Source: an uncultured archaeon (GTDB lineage: Archaea > Iainarchaeota > Iainarchaeia > Iainarchaeales > 0-14-0-20-30-16). Taken from it: DNA of 32,000 nt. Position 1 is the first letter of the stretch. The number at the start of each line of letters is the position of its first letter. The notes under the pieces are model-generated. The model was not told where the DNA came from and made no database searches. It saw only the letters and a list, made by a program, of their open reading frames with translations. The DNA is taken from contig CAYZSS010000002.1 of the NCBI GenBank assembly GCA_964480435.1, forward strand, positions 1 through 32,000, written 5' to 3'. This document shows positions 23,956 to 29,819 of this stretch, piece after piece. The position numbers and the translations under genes were made by a program.

Positions 23956-24340
23956 ACGCAACCTTTTCTTTCTTTGAAAAGAAAGAAAATCTTAGCTTCA
24001 CCAAAAGAAAGAAACATAACCTTTTGGGGAGTGAGTGTGATGGCGGAGTTAATTTGTAAAAATTAGCGATGATGATAATTGCAGGTAATAAACTTTATGT
24101 TTAGTCAATTAAGGGTTGCCAAGCTGAACACAGCGAAGGCTGACCCAATTTTGGCAGACGGTGCCTTTCAAGAAGCCAATTTTGTGAAAACAAAATTGCT
24201 TCAGGACCTAAAGAACTCTTTTGGAAGAAGCAAATTCCCTTAGGGAATTTCTTCAGCCACAGAAATACTTTTGCTTTACACAAAAGTAATTTCTTTGCAA
24301 GAGCAAAAGGTTCTTTTTGTTATTAAAAGGCTCGGGAGAC
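23956..24340 (+). other. Archaeal BHB-type tRNA intron, about 385 nt, with a structured core
   Basis: The central 4-bp helix is CTCC (23950-23953) paired with GGAG (24335-24338). The 3-nt bulges are A-G-A (23954-23956) and A-C-A (24339-24341). The outer helix is CG..CCTTTT (23957-23967) paired with AAAAGG..CG (24325-24334). The boundary is ambiguous by +/-1 nt because an A flanks both junctions. Confidence 0.7.
23964..24015 (+). repeat. Intron-internal copy of the tRNA-Trp 3' trailer (the partner copy is at 24379-24437)
   Basis: TTTTCTTTCTTTGAAAAGAAAGAAAA-TCTTAGC-TTCACCAAAAGAAAGAAAC matches TTCTTTTTCTTTCTTTGGAAAAGAAAGGAAAAA-GCATAAG-TTCACCAAAAAGAAAGAAAC. Confidence 0.8.
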
Positions 24341-24460
24341 ACCTGCGGACCAGGGTTCGAGTCCCTGTAACCCCACTATTCTTTTTCTTTCTTTGGAAAA
24401 GAAAGGAAAAAGCATAAGTTCACCAAAAAGAAAGAAACTAGTGAATAAAAAAACAGCAGA

Positions 24461-24470
24461 TTTATTAAAT
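24461..24470 (+). promoter_or_regulatory. TATA-box-like element upstream of the CYTH gene (suggests a leaderless transcript)
   Basis: TTTATTAAAT is centred about 25 nt upstream of the ATG at 24490. Confidence 0.3.
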
Positions 24471-24489
24471 CAAAAACTTATTATATACA

Positions 24490-25020
24490 ATGATGGAAGA
24501 AATTGAAATAAAAATTCTTGAAATTAACAAAGACGAAGTCATAAAAAAACTAATTAAATTAGGTGCAAAAAAAGTATTCGATGGCCCAATGAATTCAATT
24601 TATTTAGATAGAGATAAAGAACTAAGAGATACAAAAAAAACTTTAAGAATCCGTCAAAAAGGAGACAAATGCATTGTTACTTTTAAAATAAAAAAAGAAG
24701 ACAGAGATGTAAAAATTGCAGACGAATATGAAACAGAAGTTAAAGACTTTGAAGAAGCAAAACTAATTTTTAAAAATTTAGGATTCGACGAATATAAAAC
24801 AGATTTCAGAAACAGAGTTTCCTATAAATTAAAAAATTCATTAGTTGAAATTGACACTTTCCTTAAAGCCCATAATTACGTACCAACATTTTTAGAAATT
24901 GAATCTCCAAATAAAGAAGAAATAAAAGAAGTTGCTAAACTATTGGACTTTTCAGAAAATCAATTAAAACCATGGTCTGGAAAAGAAGTTTTAGAATATT
25001 ATAAAAAAAAGAAAAAATAA
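24490..25020 (+). CDS. CYTH-domain protein (triphosphate tunnel metalloenzyme / CyaB-like class IV adenylate cyclase family)
   Basis: 176 aa. It has the N-terminal EIEIK signature (ExExK) and alternating charged beta-strand patterns (TLRIRQKGDKCIVTFK, VEIDTF, FLEIE) typical of the CYTH tunnel fold. Confidence 0.75.
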   Translation: MMEEIEIKILEINKDEVIKKLIKLGAKKVFDGPMNSIYLDRDKELRDTKKTLRIRQKGDKCIVTFKIKKEDRDVKIADEYETEVKDFEEAKLIFKNLGFDEYKTDFRNRVSYKLKNSLVEIDTFLKAHNYVPTFLEIESPNKEEIKEVAKLLDFSENQLKPWSGKEVLEYYKKKKK

Positions 25021-25034
25021 AAAAAAGAATTAAA

Positions 25035-25118
25035 CCACGAAGTGGCTTTTTCGCGAACCTTTTGGAAAAAGGCTCCCACGAAGTGGCTTTTTCCCAAGGC
25101 TTTTTTGAAAAAAGCCTT
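25035..25118. terminator. Cluster of hairpins with oligo-T/oligo-A runs between convergent genes (candidate bidirectional terminators)
   Basis: CCACGAAGTGGCTTTTTC occurs twice (25035-25052 and 25076-25093). Palindromes are CCTTTTGGAAAAAGG (25058-25072) and AAGGCTTTTTTGAAAAAAGCCTT (25096-25118); the latter overlaps the thermosome stop codon. Confidence 0.5.
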
Positions 25119-26742
25119 AATCCATGTCGCCCATTCCAGGAGGCATGCCTCTTGGGCCTTTTGATCTTCCGCTTCCTGCAATTATATCATCAATTCTTAG
25201 AATCATTTGTGATACTTCTGACCCTAAGTTTATTGCTTGGATTTTTATGTTTGTTGGTTCAATTACATTAAGTTTTTCCATGTCAGCAATTGTGCTATTC
25301 AGAACATCAACACCGCAGGCAACTTCTCCTTTTTTATGTCTATTTTTCAAGGCAACTAAAATATCTAAAGGATTCATACCAGCAGATTCTGCCAAAGTTC
25401 TAGGAATTATTTCCAAAGCACTTGCAAACGCATCTATTGCCAATTGTTCTCTTCCGCCAATTTCTTTTGCATATTCTCTTAATCTAATTGCAACTTCCAT
25501 TTCGCAGGATCCACCACCAGCAACATATTTACCTGATTTTAATGAAGAAGTTACTGCGCCTAAAGCATCAACGATTGCTCTTTCTGCTTCATCCACAACG
25601 TGATCTGTTCCGCCTCTAACAAATATTGTTACTGCTTTTGCATCTTTACAGCCTTCAATAAATACCATTTCTTCTCCAGATATTTTTTTTTCTTGAACAA
25701 TATCTGCATTCCCTAAATAGGTTTTATTTATTTCTTTTATTCTTGATGCAATTTTTGCACCTGTTGCTTTTGATAGTTTATCAATATCAGATTTTTTTAC
25801 TCTTCTTATTGCCATAATTCCTGCTTCAGATAAAAAGTGTTGTGCTAAATCATCAATTCCTTTTTGGCAAATTACTACATTTGCTCCAGATGCTTTTATT
25901 TTTTCTATCATATCAGAAATCATTCTTTCTTCTTGTTCTAAGAATTGTTCTAATTGTTCAGGACTACTAATTTGCACTTTAGTATCTGTTTCTGGACTTT
26001 TTATTTCCAGAGCAACATCCAATAAAAGTATTTTTGCGTTACTTATTTTTTTTGGCATGCTGTTGCTTACAATTTCTTTATCAATTACTATTCCTTTAAT
26101 CAATTCGCTGTCCTCTAAACTTCCACCAGATTTTTTTTCTATTTTTATGTAGTCGTTATCATAAATAACTTTATTGTCTTCAATAACAATAATTTGGGAA
26201 ACTGCATCAATTACTAACTTAGCAAATTTTTGACAAGATTCTGCTGCCTTTCCAGTCATTGATGTTATTGCAATGTTATATAATTTCTTTTCATCTTTGT
26301 GGTCTACTTTGTATGAAATGTCATTGTAATATTCAATTGCTTTTGTTGTAGCCAATCTGTAACCATTAATTATACTTGAAGGGTGTATTCCATTATCCAA
26401 AAGTTTTTCTGCTTCTCCTAATAACTCTCCAGCAACCACTACAGCTGTTGTTGTTCCATCCCCTATTTCAGAGTCTTGGGTTTTTGCAATATCAACCATC
26501 ATTTTTCCAACAGGGTGCTCAATAGCTATTTCCTTTAGAATTGTTGCCCCATCATTTGAGATTGTAACATCTCCCATTTCATCAACAATCATCTTGTCCA
26601 TTCCTTTAGGACCCAATGTTGACCTTACTGCGTTGGCCACTGCTCTAGCAACCAAAATATTTACTCTTTGAGCATCTTTTCCTCTAATTCTCTTTGATCC
26701 TTCTTCTAAAAAGGCATTCTGTTGATTCTGCATTTCTGCCAT
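25117..26742 (-). CDS. ths: Thermosome subunit (group II chaperonin, Cpn60/TCP-1 family)
   Basis: 541 aa. It carries [23 protein letters not shown], the GDGTTT ATP-binding motif and VAGGG, and the C-terminal tail is [13 protein letters not shown]. Confidence 0.95.
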   Translation of the reverse strand: MAEMQNQQNAFLEEGSKRIRGKDAQRVNILVARAVANAVRSTLGPKGMDKMIVDEMGDVTISNDGATILKEIAIEHPVGKMMVDIAKTQDSEIGDGTTTAVVVAGELLGEAEKLLDNGIHPSSIINGYRLATTKAIEYYNDISYKVDHKDEKKLYNIAITSMTGKAAESCQKFAKLVIDAVSQIIVIEDNKVIYDNDYIKIEKKSGGSLEDSELIKGIVIDKEIVSNSMPKKISNAKILLLDVALEIKSPETDTKVQISSPEQLEQFLEQEERMISDMIEKIKASGANVVICQKGIDDLAQHFLSEAGIMAIRRVKKSDIDKLSKATGAKIASRIKEINKTYLGNADIVQEKKISGEEMVFIEGCKDAKAVTIFVRGGTDHVVDEAERAIVDALGAVTSSLKSGKYVAGGGSCEMEVAIRLREYAKEIGGREQLAIDAFASALEIIPRTLAESAGMNPLDILVALKNRHKKGEVACGVDVLNSTIADMEKLNVIEPTNIKIQAINLGSEVSQMILRIDDIIAGSGRSKGPRGMPPGMGDMD

Positions 26743-26745
26743 TAT

Positions 26746-26753
26746 ATCACCCC
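26746..26753 (-). promoter_or_regulatory. Shine-Dalgarno-like GGGGTGAT upstream of the thermosome ATG
   Basis: The minus strand reads GGGGTGAT-ATA-ATG, which is complementary to the generic archaeal 16S 3' end (..GAUCACCUCC). Confidence 0.4.
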
Positions 26754-26833
26754 AATAATAATAATTTCTAATAATTAGTACAAATATAGGAGTTAAAATC
26801 TTTAAAAAGCTTCCTGATTTAATAAATTACAAT

Positions 26834-27361
26834 TTAACCCATAAATTCTCTTTTAAGAATACCAAAATAATAGGCATCCACTTCTTTACCTTTTTCAAAA
26901 AAGTATGCCCTGATGACTCCTTCTTTTTTTGCCCCAAATTTCATTAAAGATCCCTCTCCTCTCGGGTTATCTGATCTTACTCTAAAATACACTTTATTAC
27001 AATTCAATTTAAATAAATAAGATAAAAATAATTTTAAAATTTGGTGAAAATGACCTTTACCCCAATACTCCTTTGCCAAGTAATAGCCTAATTCACAATT
27101 TTTATTTAAATAATTTGGGGTAGCTGTAATAGTACCAATAAAGTTATTTTCAAAAAGTATTCCATACTGATATTTTTTTTTATTATTCATTTCTTTCCAG
27201 CTTTGTCTAATATCTTGTTTAATTGACTCTTGCGTTTCAATTGGTTCATTATAGCTTTTGTGCATTTCATTTACTTGCTTAAAAATTGTCGATGCATCAG
27301 CTAATTTAAGTTTTCTGAAAACAATTTTATCTAAAACTATTGATTCGTCAAGATAATTCAT
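26834..27361 (-). CDS. GNAT-family N-acetyltransferase (RimJ/RimL-like)
   Basis: 175 aa. ELGYYLAKEYWGKGHFHQILKLFLSYLF...VYFRVRSDNPRGEGSLMKFGAKKEGVIR matches the Acetyltransf_3 / RimJ-type pattern. Confidence 0.75.
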   Translation of the reverse strand: MNYLDESIVLDKIVFRKLKLADASTIFKQVNEMHKSYNEPIETQESIKQDIRQSWKEMNNKKKYQYGILFENNFIGTITATPNYLNKNCELGYYLAKEYWGKGHFHQILKLFLSYLFKLNCNKVYFRVRSDNPRGEGSLMKFGAKKEGVIRAYFFEKGKEVDAYYFGILKREFMG

Positions 27362-27396
27362 AATATATGGAGCGCAATAAAGATTAAAAAGGTTAA

Positions 27397-27768
27397 TCAG
27401 GAAAGCTGTTTTTTCTTATTGTACCACCCAAAGATAAACAAAACCCCGATAACAAAGGCAAACCCTGAAATCTGTATAACCCAGGATAAAACATACCATT
27501 CAAAAGGGATTCTTATTATCAGAATTATGTAAAGAATACCTGCAAGAATAAAGATAATACCACCAACTATCTCATACTTCCAGGATATGATTACAGCTAC
27601 AAGTAAGATTAAAGCAGGCACGTTATGTATAAAAAGAGCAAAGACAGTTTGCCAAAACCCCAATCCATTACCAAAAACATCCAAAGACATCAAAAACAAG
27701 AAACAGACAAAGATTATTGCCAATATTCTGGGAGTCCAGTATAAAAACTTGCTAACTTTTCTATCCAT
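27397..27768 (-). CDS. Small integral membrane protein (about 4 TM), function unknown
   Basis: 123-aa ORF with four long hydrophobic stretches. Confidence 0.55.
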   Translation of the reverse strand: MDRKVSKFLYWTPRILAIIFVCFLFLMSLDVFGNGLGFWQTVFALFIHNVPALILLVAVIISWKYEIVGGIIFILAGILYIILIIRIPFEWYVLSWVIQISGFAFVIGVLFIFGWYNKKKQLS

Positions 27769-27857
27769 TTCTAGTATATACTCCCTACCTATTTAACCCT
27801 TACCTTATCAGCGTTTTTTCCCTTTTCTTTAATAACATTTCGGAACTTTGTTATCCT

Positions 27858-29768
27858 ATGGAGAAAATAGAATTACTTTTACCAGCAGGGAACTGGAGTT
27901 GCATTAGGGCAGCAGTAGAGAATGGAGCAGACGCAATTTATTTTGGTACTACTGAATTTAATGCCAGACGAAAAGCAGACAACTTCTCAATAGAGGATGT
28001 GAAAAAGGTTGTTTTTTATTGTCACAAAAACGGAGTTAAAGTATACTGCACATTAAATGTACTTGTAAAAAATAGCGAAATTACCAGTTTTTTTGCAACA
28101 GTAAAAACACTTTATTTAGCAGGTGTAGATGCAGTAATAGTACAACATATTTCTTTTATTGATATTATAAAACAAAACTTTCCTGGCATGGAAGTACACC
28201 TTTCAACACAGGCAGCAATTAGTAATTCATATTTCTCAGAATTAATAAAAGGTGCAGACAGAGTTATTCTACCAAGAGAATTCAGTCAAAAAGAAATAAA
28301 AGATTTTATTAAAAAAACGAAACTTCCTGTTGAAATCTTTGTGCAGGGGGCATTATGTTTTTCTTACAGTGGGAAATGTTTATTTTCTAGTTTTCTTGGC
28401 GGTCGATCAGGAAATAGAGGCTTGTGTGCTCAACCCTGCAGAAAAATATTTTCGGGGTCACGTTTATTAAGCATGAAAGAGTTAAGTTTAATTCAAAAAA
28501 TCCCGCAAATTATTGATAGTGGAGTTTCTTGTGTAAAAATTGAAGGACGATTAAGAAACGAAAAATATGTAGCAGCAGCAACAAGAGTTTATAGACTTGC
28601 AATTGATTCTTATTACAAAGGAACATTTAAAGTAAATCCCGAAAGTTTTAAAGAATTAGAATTTGCTTTTAATCGTGAATTTACAGAGGGTTATTTTTCT
28701 GAAAAGAAAGATTTAGTTTCTCCAGAGAATGCAATGTCACGGGGATTATATTTAGGCACTTTAGAAGAAGGAAATTTAATAAAAATTACAGAGGATTTAT
28801 CTGTTGGAGATGGCCTGGGAATTTGGTTAAAAAACAAAGTGGATGGAGCAAAGGTAAAAAAAATGGAACGTGATGGAAAACCCATTACTGATGCACGAAT
28901 GGGAGATACAGTAAAAATTAATATAAAAGCGCCGGCAGGAACAAAAATTTACAAAACATCATCCCAAAAAGAGCTTACCGCCAGAGAAATAAGGTTTGAT
29001 AAGAGAGCACAAATTTTTGTAAGAAATAGAGAAAATAATCCACTTGTTTTACCTGCTATTTTGCCACAAAGATCAAAAAACCAAGAGATAATTGTAAAGA
29101 TATACTCAACAGAAGAAGGCAATAAGGCATTAGATACAGGAGTAAAAGTATTTTATAATATTTTTGAAAAAGATTTTGATTCTAAATTTGGTGCTTTTGT
29201 TCCAAGAATATTATCTGATTTTGATGTTGAAAAAGCAGTTGAATTAATTAAAAGCCTTAAAGTTAAAGACGTTCTTATTGGAGATTTAGGAGTATATGCT
29301 TTACTAAAAGATTCTGGATTAAATTTGTATTTAGATTATTCTGCAAATGTCTTTAATGATTATGATATTTTGTTTTTCAAAAATGCAATTCCAATTGTTT
29401 CTCCTGAACTTTCTTTTAGAGAATTAGGAGAATTTAAAAACAAGAATTTTGTTGTACTAACACACGGAAAAATAGTTTTTATGAACACAAAGTATAACCA
29501 ACTTCCAAGTTCATTAACTGATGAAAAAAATTATATTTTTCCAGTTAGAAAAGAGTATAATTATTATCAAATTTTAAACAGTGTAGATTTAGGATTAGTT
29601 TACAAAGTAATGGGGTTAAAAGACATAAAAATAAACAAATTCTTTTTAGATTTAGAATATGATGTTTCAGAAACAATAAAAATGTACCAAGACATTCTAG
29701 CAAGTAAAAAAGTAAATGCTGAGAAAAACAAATACACCAAAGGGCACTGGGAAGAAGGGGTACTTTAA
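27858..29768 (+). CDS. Peptidase U32 family protein (collagenase-like / RlhA-TrhP-type RNA hydroxylation family)
   Basis: 636 aa. The N-terminus is ELLLPAGNWSCIRAAVENGADAIYFG..FNAR. The U32 signature EIFVQGALCFSYSGKCLFS is followed by GNRGLCAQPCR. Confidence 0.85.
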   Translation: MEKIELLLPAGNWSCIRAAVENGADAIYFGTTEFNARRKADNFSIEDVKKVVFYCHKNGVKVYCTLNVLVKNSEITSFFATVKTLYLAGVDAVIVQHISFIDIIKQNFPGMEVHLSTQAAISNSYFSELIKGADRVILPREFSQKEIKDFIKKTKLPVEIFVQGALCFSYSGKCLFSSFLGGRSGNRGLCAQPCRKIFSGSRLLSMKELSLIQKIPQIIDSGVSCVKIEGRLRNEKYVAAATRVYRLAIDSYYKGTFKVNPESFKELEFAFNREFTEGYFSEKKDLVSPENAMSRGLYLGTLEEGNLIKITEDLSVGDGLGIWLKNKVDGAKVKKMERDGKPITDARMGDTVKINIKAPAGTKIYKTSSQKELTAREIRFDKRAQIFVRNRENNPLVLPAILPQRSKNQEIIVKIYSTEEGNKALDTGVKVFYNIFEKDFDSKFGAFVPRILSDFDVEKAVELIKSLKVKDVLIGDLGVYALLKDSGLNLYLDYSANVFNDYDILFFKNAIPIVSPELSFRELGEFKNKNFVVLTHGKIVFMNTKYNQLPSSLTDEKNYIFPVRKEYNYYQILNSVDLGLVYKVMGLKDIKINKFFLDLEYDVSETIKMYQDILASKKVNAEKNKYTKGHWEEGVL

Positions 29769-29819
29769 ATAGATACATATATATATTTTTTAGTTAATAT
29801 AGGATATTAAGGTGTTTTT

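Larger units (their letters stand above)
23919..24375 (+). tRNA. tRNA-Trp (anticodon CCA) with 5' exon 23919-23955, intron about 23956-24340 and 3' exon 24341-24375
   Basis: Acceptor GGGGTTA/TAACCCC. D stem GTGT/GCAC. Anticodon loop CT-CCA-GA with CCA at 23952-23954. 3' exon ACCTGC-GGAC-CAGGG-TTCGAGT-CCCTG-TAACCCC-A. The exon-intron junctions fold into a helix-bulge-helix-bulge-helix motif at the canonical 37/38 position. One T27-C43 mismatch sits at the top of the anticodon stem. Confidence 0.8.

Noticed and set aside
24069-24143. Possible C/D-box sRNA in the tRNA-Trp intron (ATGATGA at 24069-24075, CTGA at 24123-24126 and 24140-24143), by analogy with euryarchaeal tRNA-Trp introns.
   Set aside because: I could not identify C'/D' boxes. 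The only complementarity to the tRNA is 6 nt (GCAGGT vs ACCTGC), and the predicted target nucleotide does not match the known C34/U39 sites. It is left as unproven.
24101-24283. 60-aa minus-strand ORF inside the tRNA-Trp intron, considered as a possible homing endonuclease remnant.
   Set aside because: It is antisense to the tRNA, short, and has no LAGLIDADG-like or other nuclease motif. It coincides with the hairpin-rich core, so an RNA-structure origin is more likely.
23956-24340. Whether the long intron could be an RNase P RNA or SRP RNA. Weak resemblances exist: AGGGTTGCCAAG, ACAGAAATAC, and a GAAA-capped helix next to CAGGACC.
   Set aside because: There is no GAGGAAAGTCC-like CR-I and no convincing CR-IV/V pairing. 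The SRP helix-8 asymmetric-loop motifs are not in the right arrangement, so the resemblances are probably chance.
25035-25093. Repeat-spacer-repeat appearance (an 18-nt repeat 41 nt apart), considered as a mini CRISPR array.
   Set aside because: There are only two short copies. Each is a hairpin followed by T5 in a convergent intergenic spacer, and there are no cas genes. A terminator interpretation fits better.
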